DNA of 64,000 bases. Source: Phoronis australis. Its lineage: Eukaryota; Animalia; Phoronida. The stretch lies in contig NMRA01000288.1 in the NCBI GenBank assembly GCA_002633005.1, forward strand, positions 198,300 through 262,299, in the 5' to 3' direction. Of the stretch, positions 12,885 to 24,281 are shown one piece after another; the stretch's first letter is position 1, and each line of letters opens with the position of its first letter. Made by a program: the position numbers and the translations under genes. Below the pieces are notes generated by a model, which was not told where the DNA came from, did no database searches, and saw nothing but the letters and a program-made list of their open reading frames with translations.

Positions 12885-15800
12885 GTTCCAGATAACAAAG
12901 GGACAGTCAATTTCACTCTCCCAATGCACACTAGCAATATTACCCTGGCTACGGGAAAAAGCGGCAGAGACTATACTTACGCTACGTTCAGTGCCGGTTC
13001 AGGATTCAGCGTGGAAATTAATAGAGGACAAACTTACCAGGTGTGTTCACCTTTTCATATTAAAACGAGAATTTTGTGTCAGACATTGCTACAGTTGCTC
13101 TTTTTACACTAAAAGCAATTCAATTTTTACTTGTATGGATTTCATTGTGCTAAGCTCGTATGAGAACTGACACATGATCTAGATAAGTAACATTAGCGTC
13201 TCCATTAAAAATTACTTCTATTGATCACATAGAGGAAATGATTCCGCCGACGTTGTCTTGGGGAAAGTCAAGTGCCATTTTACTATTAGACTACAGGGTC
13301 TTTTAAATATTTATCATTTAATTTCTATGATATATTCCCAATGAGAACCGGCTGCATGTTTGAATACATCGGCCTATCATATTTCTTCTGCAAGTGACAC
13401 CTTAGTTCAACTTTAAATGGGCATCCTGTAAAATGTTACCGAGCAATTTTAAAAAAGGAACTCATGAAGTCCAATTAATCATACATGAGGTCACTGAAAC
13501 TTATGTCTTTGCATTATCTGTATACGAAATTGTAACCGCTTGAGTCAGTTTGTATTCAATTTTCGTCTTTCACTGAAAAAGACTTGGAATTTAGATTTTA
13601 CACAACGTTTGTGGGTGGTCAATTTGTGTAATCAACTTGCATTTACAGTTTCTGTAGACAACACTGAAGTTCAACTATCGTCAACACTTTACAAAAGCAA
13701 CAGAACAGAGAAGCTCAGACTTGGAAGGTTTAAACAACTAGATGTGGCCTCCACTGAGTGCTACTACATATCAGCCTCAGATCCAATATTCGTCGTTCAA
13801 TATTGCAAAACAGGTACCTATGCAAACCAGACTTAACAAAAGAATATTTATATTTTATTTTCAAGCCCGGGCTACGACACAACGAACAAAGGCCTACCTT
13901 AAGCTGGAAAGAAAATTGGTAATGCTGTAAAAGTTACATTTTTAATGTAGTTGCATGGTTTGCGTTTTCTGCGCGTCATCAAAATTTATATGGAAGAGTA
14001 TGTAAGTAACGTGTTACCAGATTAATAATAGGCACTAACGCAGTTCTAACTAAATATTTAATTTCAGGTTCGGTTGACCGAAAGCCCAGCGATCCTTTTA
14101 TGATTGTTTTTGTGCCCATGGAGCAGTTCTCCAAAGACTACACCTTCACAACACCGGAAGCCGTGCAGGCGCCATATCAAAACTACGTCGCCATTACTTG
14201 CAAAACTGTTGAATAAGACGAACTTTATTTAGACGGCAGTTCGATAACTGGTGCAAAGTTTTGGAAAACATTGTCCTTAATTCACGGATCTCAAGCCTCA
14301 TTTTCTGTTGGCATCGTTTTGATAGGCCATGGGACTCACAATTTAAGTCACCCCGACCCAACAATCGTTTTCGGTATTCAAGTTTACGGGCAGGTGAGGT
14401 ATAAATCTTACGGATTCCCTGGGAATGTTCGTAACACCACTCTACAGTGCGTGTGTCCTCACAAGTGTTGTAGTTAATGATGGATTTGACAACGACTGTG
14501 ACGGAAAAATAGACGAAGAACTCGCTGATGGCTTGGACAACGACGACGACGGGAAGGTAGATGAGGACACAGCGCAGCTGGCAAATCCGTTATTCATGGC
14601 AATAACTGCGGCTACTACACGTTACCCTCAACAATGTCGACTGCGACATTCCATCCCACAACTATGTCGACAACCACGTCACTGCCTACGACAACAACGA
14701 CCAAGATATCGCCACCGACAACAACATCGACCACGCCATCGATCCCGGCAACAATACCAATGGTCACGCCATCATTAATCTCAACTACGACACCGACACG
14801 AACAAAAGTTGGGACAACCACCATGAATTCGGTGTCGGAAACAACAACGACGACTAAATCGCTAACAACAATAACGACCCCGACGTCACTACCCATAACA
14901 ACAACTGTGAATTCGACATCAACAAAGGATCCAACCACGACATCGCTGCCCGCAACAACATCGACCACGACATTGATCTCGTCAACAAGATTTACAAACA
15001 CATCACTACTCGCAACTACGGCACCGATATCAACTAAAACCTCGTACACTAACAGAGATTCTTCGCCATCGACAACAATAACGACCACATTGCTACCTGC
15101 AATATGGACAACGACAACACTACACACAAGAACAACTGTGAATCCAACAATTTCCACGAAAACAGCAGTGAGCACAACGTGGATATCAACAACAGTGAAA
15201 ACGGCATCATTTTCTGTGACAATAATTGCGAAACCGACATCTTCAAAGTTTTCAACAATGCCCAAGACTTCTTTGCTGACAACAACAATAACACCGACAA
15301 CAAAGAAGACAACATCGCCTCCGATAACATCACTAACTATAAAAACAACTGCGACACCAACAATAACGAAAGTTCCCACAACGACTCCAACGTTTCAACC
15401 TACAACAACATCGATCACGACAACAGCAACCAAGATATGGCCACCGACAACAACATCGACAACGCCATCGCCGGGATCCCGCCAAAAATATCAATGACCA
15501 CGACATCATTAATCGCAACTACGACACCGACAGTAACAAAAGCTGGGACAACGACCATGAATTCGCTGTTGGAAATAACAACGACGACTACATTGCTACC
15601 AACAATATCGACCCCGACGTCGCTATCCACAACAACAACTGCGAATCCGACGTCAACAGAGGTTCCGGCCACGACATCGCTGCCTACAACAGCATCTACT
15701 ACGATATCGATCTCGACAACAAGAGCAACCACCGCGACATCACTACTCGCACCGATATCAACTAAAACCTCGTCAACTACCAGCGATTCTTTGCCTTCGA

Positions 15801-16529
15801 CAACAATAATAACCACATTGCTACCAGCAATATCGACACCAACAACGCTACACACAAGAACAACTGTGAATCCAACAATTTCCACGAAAACAACAATGAG
15901 CACCACGTGGCTATCAACATCAGCGAAAAAGACATCACTTTCTGTGACAACAATTGCGAAACCAACGTCTTCAAAGTTTCCAACAGTGCCCACGACTTCG
16001 CTGCTGACAACAACAACAACACCAACACCGACAATAAAGAACCCAGCATCGCCTCCGTCAACATCACCTATAAAACAACTGTGCCTTCGACAACAATAAC
16101 GACCTCAACAACGGTGAACCGTACAACGCGTGCACTTATTAAACAACAGTCAATAACCGATACACCAAATACATGTAATGGATCGAACTGCTGGGCTTTC
16201 AGCAGATTCCAATCAAACATTGTGGTAGGAACTGTGGTGTCTGGTGTTTTATTGCTACTGGTTACTCCTTTGGCATGCCGCTGCTGCTTCTTGCTTTCAG
16301 CCTTAAAACGTCGAAGGCGAAGAGAAAAAAGGAATCATCTGAGGCCAACGACGAAGAAGAAGAAGTGGGAAACGCGGATGATCTACACACTAGGTCTGTA
16401 CAGAAGACTCCAGTCGTCCCAGTTTGCATGCCTAGCAGAGGACAATTCGACCAAGATCATTGGCTAAATTCACAGCCACGTACTGATAATTCTGAATTGA
16501 CCACATCAGGTACAATCATAGACATTTAA
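12885..16529 (+). pseudogene. FCGBP-N-like membrane protein copy 2, pseudogene
   Basis: Exon A start is fused to exon C (12885-13040). Exon D is reduced to ~45 nt (~13223-13268). Exon E is at 13649-13813. Exon F starts at 14068, with TAA at 14214-14216 (TGT in paralogs) and frameshifts near 14424, 14620, 15475, 16070 and 16330. The ancestral tail end TSGTIIDI* is at 16529. Confidence 0.9.
14634..16150 (+). repeat. Thr-rich mucin-like stalk of copy 2 with internal ~730-bp duplication
   Basis: ACA/ACG-rich sequence. ccaagatat..ccaccgacaacaacatcgac occurs at ~14701 and ~15430. cacacaagaacaactgtgaatccaacaatttccacgaaaaca occurs at ~15123 and ~15851. Confidence 0.85.
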
Positions 16530-17557
16530 ATTTCACTCCGGCACATAATCCTGGCTGGCATTGCAACTATCAGTGAAATACAATAACAAACACTTGCATA
16601 AAAATTATAGATGTTGACAATGTCTTCGTACATGTACAATGCATCAACATATTGAATTTATTTGGCGTAAGTAATCTTCGAATCTCGGCGATCTGTCCGA
16701 CGTTATTTTGTGCATGTAAGCTGACCACGAACTATGGTGAGTGCGAGTAAAAGCTCAGTTAACAAAGTGTATGGCTATCACTTTGCCGTCGTGCTCAGAA
16801 TTATGACACAATAGAAAAATTGTCTTCCACTCGTAGTTCGCAAGATGTATCCACGCATCGGAGCAGTGACCTTGGTCGTTGCTTTGCTTACGCAAAGTTG
16901 AATCCACAACACGAAAATTTAAAGCTATCTTTTTGCTGGTGGTCGTGGCGTTCCAAACCGCAACTTTGCGCATCTGAACCCCAGCTCCCTTGATTGTTCG
17001 GAAAAATTCTCGACATCCCGGTACAATTCCTTTAAAAGGACGTACCGTGCAGTGTACCTGACAAACACAAGCATATAGTCATAAAGTAAACTCTGGATTG
17101 TCATACAGAAACTCAGGTCAAAAATAATAACGTTGAAGCTTCTCTGGCGAGGCCCTGTTGGTACCCTCATTTTCAAACCTCTCCAGAACAGTTTATCAGT
17201 TACGCACAAAGAACTAGTCGTGTAGAAAAAGCAATGGAAATCATCAAGCTTTTCAGGGGCAGTAGTTCCTGGTTAACGGAATAACAGGTCTCCGCGATAA
17301 CCTGGTTCTCGAAATTGCGATAAGGCAAAGGTAGCGAGAATGAGAGTTCCAGCGCGTTACAAATCTCGCCACTGACAGTAGGTGTTGATGCCCGTCACGT
17401 AGTGGGAAGATTGCGAAATTCGTCTGTCTTCCTGCGGTTCTATGTTCCGATGTAATGGCGTACGCTGTAATCACTTCATTTCTCGTAGTGTATACCAGAG
17501 GTGCAGAGTATGTTCTAAAATATCGAAATAATTTCCCATGATTAGACTCGCTAGTAT

Positions 17558-17703
17558 CAGGGGCGGATCCAGGATTTTGAGTTGGGCAGAATATTAGCCA
17601 GGATTTTGGCTGTCAGATATTCAAACCCCTGAACTGCCAAATAGAATCTGGGTGAATTGTTGGGGGGTATGGTCCCCTTGGCCCCCCTCTAAATCCGCCA
17701 CTG
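17558..17703. mobile_element. 146-bp MITE (CAGGGGCGGAT...ATCCGCCACTG) with 5-bp TSD AGTAT
   Basis: Terminal inverted repeats, with AGTAT at 17553-17557 and 17704-17708. The paralogous empty site cgctAGTATcaccactg lies at 3074-3090. Confidence 0.85.
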
Positions 17704-18759
17704 AGTATCACCACTGTCAGTGAGTATCTGATCCCTTGGCAACAAAATCCCTAAGAACCTCGCTTGGATTAGCGTTTTCATCAGTTCAAAGCAATGAACT
17801 TCATGTTAAGAGGTGTATACACTGGTCAGATCTCCACGTTCCTGTCTAAAATAAGTATAAACAGGGATTTAACTAGTTAGAAATGACTCTGAAAGTGACA
17901 AAAATCGTATTGTAGTTCGTTCTTTTAAATATCGTATTTTTTAATTTTCAAAAAATCCAATTTTACCTCGAAATTTTTTTCAAAGTGCACAAGGATTATT
18001 ATCAACTGTTTCCTTACGCAATATTCTACTTATCCACACCAAATGTATGTACAAAATCATTATGATCTTGATTTTGTGGCATTTTTGCGTGCGAGTTGTG
18101 GCAAGCACGACACTTTCCTGTCATTTGGTCACTTTCCGTCTAATAACTAAAAATTTGGTCCATGTATCAAAAAACCCTGGCACGCGATTTTACTTCACTT
18201 CTAGAGGATTCCAAATTTGCAAATTTCGTAAAAATTGACCCACGTGTTGCGGAAAAATAGGCACGAGAATCTTGTCACTACCCTGAAATCACGAGCCGAG
18301 AAAAACGGCTTTGAAGTTAAGCGGGCATAGATTGCCACTTGGGGTCAAAATTCGTTCAGAATGCGTGGTCGTTATGTTCCAATTTCTGTTGATATTTTAG
18401 AAATAAAGCTTATATTTACTTCTTGTATAGAAATTATGACATACCTGTTTGTTTACAGCGTAATTTCAATCATTTTTGCGAACTTGTGAAGCACGACAGA
18501 CGACCAAAACAAATATGGCTGTGACGTGGGTGGAGCTTGGCGTTGATCTATTGTCTGCTGTGCTGGTGTGCCGACCACACCATTAAAACCATGTGTTGAT
18601 TGTTTATGCGACTCATCTGAACTCTCCACTCAGTGTTGTAAAAGACTCTCTAACTATATTACATAGACCTATTTGTTAGTATTCCAATATTGTATGTAGT
18701 TACCGTCTCCTCATCAACCAATATACAGGGTATGTGTTACATCAAATCGCCGCGTTACT

Positions 18760-19170
18760 GTCTACATAACAGTATTGGCGACGAGGATAAAGAACTTCTT
18801 TCATCGTAATGGTTCAACATTTTCACGTGCCTGTACCGCCAACATTTTGACCAAAGGGACTTAGGGATAAGAAAAAAGCACTTTCTGCGCAAATAGCGTT
18901 GCTAATTGGGTGAGATTCTCAAGTTACCAAAGTTTCTTATCTTGCCTTCCACTAAAATGGTATCATAATATCATGGGTTTTAATCCAGGGATACATTTGA
19001 ATCTATGCACTAGAATAATTTTGTCATTTCCGCTCTAATTCTTTGGGTTACGGCCGGCGGCAAGTTCAAAAATCCACTGAGTTTGGCAGCCTATTGGCCC
19101 TAGTTTCTCCACGGCGCGTTCCTAGCACAGAAGCGCAGTTTATCTCCAAAAACTCTCTGACGGCATGGAG
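18760..19170 (-). pseudogene. Possible His-Me finger endonuclease remnant
   Basis: Broken minus-strand frames read GPIGCQTQW...ILVHRFK... and SHPISNAICAESAFFLSLSPFGQN (18918-18844). These resemble GC..W...HR and SHLCHN..C....HL.LEP...N, but are heavily degenerate. Confidence 0.35.
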
Positions 19171-19427
19171 TTGTCGATGTCTCGCGCGCGCGGCGTGTCT
19201 TCACAGCGCGAGCGTGTACTCTCATCGAATCGTGCAACACCACCCACGTCGACGCTCAGCATCCTCTCGCAAGACGCCTTACCTTTCCGACTTCTCTTGC
19301 ACACGTACAATGGGGCTATTCGGAGAATTCTCCTCGCAGTGTCACTGCTGTACTAGTGGTGATTGAATTGCGCATGCGTCGCTGTCTGCATGTAAACAGC
19401 TGGTAAAAAGACGGAATTATTATCAAA

Positions 19428-20380
19428 ATACGTCGTTGCGATAAACTTTATTATTGCTATTTTCCCTGGTGTAAGTCTTCGACAGGCGGTCACAAATTCC
19501 CAAAAGGCGTAAGGTTACTAGATTCGTGGAAAATAGCGGTCAAAAGGGTCAACCAACTGACAAAAGGTGTGTGGATGCCGAAGCCCCGTGTGTGCTCTGC
19601 ATTTCCATTGGGAGACTACATATTATAACGTTACTTGGTAAGTTTTTAGCAACCAGTTTCTATCGACATCGTTCGGTCATGCTATCCCCACCAGTTACCC
19701 CACTGAATAACGGGTTTAGTGAGTGAAACTAAGTGTTTCTTTTTGGAAACTCACCCGGGACTCGTATGCCGGGTAGGCTAGCAGCACATATTCACATATT
19801 GTCCTGGGTACGCCCAATATAAGAGGTGTATGGTACGCGACGCTCAGGAGTCAAGGGTGACTTTTTCACAGCAGTTTCTCTTCAAAACTATGCTATGCCC
19901 AATAACATTCTCTAGATGAGTGAGTTTCCTTATTTTATAGCGGACACCACCCCCAGGACTACCTGATTAGTTACCGAATTAACATGAATAAGCTATTCAG
20001 TAAATGCCGTAACATTGCATTTAAATAAAAATTGACACCTAGAATGATTTTTTACTTGTTGAGATATGAAGCACATTTTAAGTGTCATGAAAAATACACA
20101 TTTTTAAATCACTTTTAGCCTGTTTCACATAGTTTAATTCAAATCTTAATTAAGCTTGGGTACAAAGATTACCGGTATTAGTGTGTACATATGAACATGA
20201 CGATAAGACGTCAAGTATGTTCCGCCTTACAAAAGTATTTTTGTCTTGTGTTTTCTTTTATAATTTGCTAATATTTCTTTGACTATTCTGTTACAGGTGA
20301 GAGAAAACTACTGAAACCAGCCGCCTCACCGTCTATTTTACCTTTGGACAATCCTTCAGCAATAACCAGAGAGAATTGAA
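19428..20380 (+). pseudogene. Two-exon THAP zinc-finger remnant (transposon-derived)
   Basis: From 19452 the frame reads YCYFPWCKSSTGGHKFPKGVRLLDSWKIAVKRVNQLTKGVWMPKP, then VCALHF after a frameshift. Donor gt at 19638, acceptor ag ending at 20296. Exon 2 reads GERKLLKPAASPSIL, resembling the THAP AVPTIF box. Confidence 0.75.
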
Positions 20381-20882
20381 CCTAATTCAGAAATTCAGCA
20401 CTTGATATGCCTGATTATGGACTCCGTTGCATTGGAAAATTACAATTCTTTTTAACAATGTTGTTTCTTTGTATGTGTGCGGTTGTTCAGTTTGCCATTT
20501 TGTTTTTTTAAAAATATAATGATAATTCGGTAATCATTTCAGCTTTATAAAGAATAAGAACAACTGCACTGTATGGGGCTTTAAAACTGAAGAAATATTG
20601 TGGTTTCAATAATTAATGACAAACTTGCCTGCTGATGAAAAATTTGTTCGATCATCAAAATGTAATATTAACGGGCTTTCTACAGCTACTGACAATAAGA
20701 CAATCGATGCAGTCACTTATTGTCGTTTCCCCATTATGTGTACCATTATTGAAAAGTTTTTACCATTAGTAGAAAGCCTTTCTTCTGAAAGGAAAAGTTA
20801 ATGTCACTTAGTGAGAAAGGACAGGTATTTATGTCAGATGCTTTTGGTTTTTTATTTCACTGGAATCTAGTTTCAATGGCTT

Positions 20883-21290
20883 ATAGAAGCGCTTGTAAAA
20901 AAGGTCCAGTTTCGGCACATGGCTTCCCTTCATGTAACCTCATTCAGCCTCAATAACATCCACAATTAGATCCTTGAAGGTACACACAACAGCATATCAC
21001 TTGACTCGTTTTGTGCCCAAAATCTGACCCTGAACTAGACCAGAGTGCCACTACGTCTTCTTTAGCTTCAGTCCCTCATGTTTCTTCCAGGAAAGGAAAT
21101 AAGCTACTGTCCACACATCCTCACGAACGAGGCTGACTTGTGTAGCAGTCAGATATAGTTCCTGTTTATACACAAACAATCCACTGGCATATTGTCTTGT
21201 GGTAGCTTAGTACTGCCATTCACATCTCTCCAGGGCCAATGACTTGTACATGTACATTGTACCATGCAGCACTGCTGGTGTGTGGAAATG
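20883..21290 (-). pseudogene. YqaJ / lambda-exonuclease-like remnant
   Basis: A single frame with stops: TPAVLHG..YKSLAL...SGLFVYKQELYLTATQVSLVRED...LKLKKT*WHSGLVQGQILGTKRVK*YAVVCTFKDLIV...PKLDLFYKRF. Confidence 0.75.
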
Positions 21291-23644
21291 CTGTGGGAAG
21301 AGAAAGGCTTGAATTGCCCTTAAAATGTCACTGAACCTGGAACAAATATTGAAATATGAATAATTAAGTACTCCAGGTTGGGTCAGAAATGCTACCCTTG
21401 TTCTTTCAAAAATATGATATGGTGACTGCTCTACAATTTCACACAAAATTATTAATTACTATTCTCAGAAAGCAAGGGTGTATATAATAAGTATTGTATA
21501 CACATGTAAAACTGCATCTTTATTTTTCATTCGTAGCCATAACAATTCTGTGAACGCATCACTTGTCTGCAAAATATGCAGGTTTTTTGCGACAACTTCA
21601 AACCTTTATTACCTATTTTCAAGCCTTTTTGATACTTTCAGCAATTTTAAACTCCGATTACAGATTCATGGGTCTGTCAAGCATACTCCTAGTCTAAGGC
21701 TGAGGGAACCGTTTCTCAGACTTTTTATTTTTCTTCTAATGGAAGATATGGAGACTTAGCTTAGACAATGCTTCCTAAGAGTTTGCTCGTGTGTATTATG
21801 TAGGATTGATACACCACCGATTCGTGTTACGGAACGAAGGACTGGGACCAACAAAGTCCACCGCGTACAGTGAGATACTACCGCATGGTGTTGCGTCAGG
21901 GAGGACTGTAACAAGCGAGAAGTACTCTGGTTCAACGTAGTGGGAGATAATAATTGTTGGTACAAGGACTGGCCGTAGATGACGTGCAAGATGCAAGTTA
22001 TAAATTCTGAACAATTGGTTACAAAAGTGACTAACAGAATCGTCACAGAAGGAGCGTCTAGTCAGAGCTTGGTCGGATCAGGGCGTTTGATAGTTAACTT
22101 AGATTTAGTTCAAGTTCTCCCTATAGAGGGCGCCAGTGTGGTTAACCGTGCTATAAATGAACAAACAATCGCTTAAAATATAATTAGGGCTTTTAGGGAC
22201 CTCGTTATCTCCATTTCCCTCTGAAATGCTTTTTTAAAAAGACTCACACGAAATACGCCACCTCACGTCAAAAATCGTCCTTCCGGATTAAACGTTCCCC
22301 TCAACTATGATGTTAGACTCACTCTTATCTCGCTTAGGATTTTTTACCCCGAAAGATCTTATTTTACAATCATGCGTTTTTCATTGTGTGCAGCCTCGAT
22401 GTGCAGAAAAGAATGTGAATTAAGTTTATCGCAAGTGCAACGGTGGTACCATAGTATTGCGTAACGAAAGTCATTTATATGATTTCTCGCTTAAATATCT
22501 AACATCGCTTGCCTTCTACTCAGGGTCGGCAATCCAATTCAGAAACCCCTTGGCTTGACGAGTAATTTGCTCTGAGTCAATTCCAACAGTTGGGTTAGGT
22601 TCATTTTTACTCTAAGAAACACTTCGAATATAGCGAAAATAGAAGGAGAATATTTCGGTTCTCTCCTATCCCTTGATGAACCGTGAATATAATTAGCCAG
22701 CGAATCACATGATGCCGGACAAAAGACCAATCGAATGTTTAACAGTCAACTGCAATAATGTCTGGATTTACCCTGGATTCTGAAACAGCTTTTGTCAACA
22801 TTTGAGAACAAGCGATAGGTATTTTTCAATGTCTGTGCAATGTTTACCTGTTGTCCACTAAGATCTTATAGTCGGTGCGCCAGATCTCAGCGTTCATCCT
22901 TGTGAGTACTTTGGGGGGCAACCTAGTTTTTTCTATGTGGCTAGATATTATACCTATAAATCAAATTCCAAAAAGTTCCCACGTCTACACTTGCACATTT
23001 TTTTAAAAAAGTGTTTTGTTGCACGAAATATTATGCACATTCCAGCCACTTGGTGGGCTTTTCTATTGAATTGACCAATCAGAGAGCCAGATTTTATTGT
23101 TGTACAGAAGTGAGCAGCTGTGAGAACTGAAGTAACATCAGCAACACTGACTGCATAACATTGGATAATTCTTTGACAAGTCAACCCTTAATATACCTCC
23201 AACCCCGTTATTTCATTTTTGTATTGAAAAGTGAGTTTTATTTGTTGATTAAGTCATCGAAAGTACATACTTTGATCATTGTGATCATTGTCATGTATTT
23301 GTTTCATACTGCTTGCTAAACGCTGTAGGAATAATCTATTATTTTCATACAGTCTGTGTGCACATTCACAGTGATCATTCAACTACATTGTTTTTGTACT
23401 ATAACGTTTTTCTGGCGTATTATTCAAACAAGCTATATTTTACACCATTAGTCAATGTTTTAGTCATTGAGGCACAAATTTTGCCCAGTCTCAAGTGTTT
23501 TGTGTTATTTTTGCTGCCTGACAATGCCAGAATAACCTCCTGGTAACATTCAGACTTAGTTTGCATTTCTGCCACTAGGTGTCACTTTACATTTTTTAAA
23601 TTCCACTGTTTACTATTAGTTTACAATAGTAAAACATGTAATGT

Positions 23645-24281
23645 CATAGGCGGATTTAGGTGGGCCCNGACGATGAAAAAACAGAAGCTGGTGGTAAGAT
23701 GCGAATTTTAATCGAAGCCTTAGTGAATCAGTCGGAAACTCATAATTCTCTCATTGTCGAACCTTAACTTCAGAGGATTTCCAAAGTAATCCCGTCATTA
23801 TTGCCAACACGAAAAACGGATTTGGTCGTTTGGGCAATTGAAGACTATTTTAAATACAACAAATTTGTTAAGAACCGATTGCACAAATTTTAAACGTGTA
23901 ATAAGCATTACAAAAAGAAGTAGGTTTCGCGCGCAAAGGCTGTGGACCATAAACAAGTAGGTATGTTAGTGTCAGATTGTGAGTTAAATCGTGATAGTGT
24001 AGTGGTAAAGCACACGCGTTCTATCCGCCAGGTCGGGAGTTCGACTCTATTGTATGTGCGGTTTTTCCTGTTTGACACGTTCTCCTTTTTTCTTGGATAA
24101 TACTTCAGGAATCAAGGAAAATGCTTGATTCTTAGAGGAAAAATCAGAAAAAGTTCCTGAGCAAACCCCCCTCCCGACCTCCCCCCATTCGGTGCTATGC
24201 GCATCTACAATCGTGGTTTGCGCAAATGCTTACAGAAAAAAAAACGTTGGGCCCCCTTGTGATATCCTAGATCCGCCACTG
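23645..24281. mobile_element. Nested MITE-like element (CATAGGCGGAT...ATCCGCCACTG) with 5-bp TSD AATGT
   Basis: AATGT at 23640-23644 and 24282-24286. Termini are related to those of the 17558 element. An assembly N at 23668 makes the interior uncertain. Confidence 0.6.
23991..24060 (+). other. tRNA-derived (SINE-head-like) fragment
   Basis: A-box-like TAGTGTAGTGG (23995-24005) and B-box-like GAGTTCGACTC (24037-24047) at tRNA spacing. No good acceptor stem. Confidence 0.45.

Larger units (their letters stand above)
17806..21760. mobile_element. Decayed composite DNA-transposon block downstream of copy 2, starting at a TTAA
   Basis: Absent from the paralogous flank of copy 1. Contains THAP, YqaJ-like and possible His-Me finger remnants. 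The right boundary is approximate. Confidence 0.6.

Noticed and set aside
14615-16099. Long antisense Val-rich and alternative-frame Asn-rich ORFs over the stalks (also 34285-35994)
   Set aside because: By-products of ACA/ACG-rich Thr codons, which lack stops in other frames. No independent gene signals.
23991-24060. Functional tRNA gene
   Set aside because: A and B boxes are present, but there is no coherent cloverleaf or acceptor stem, and it lies inside a repeat.
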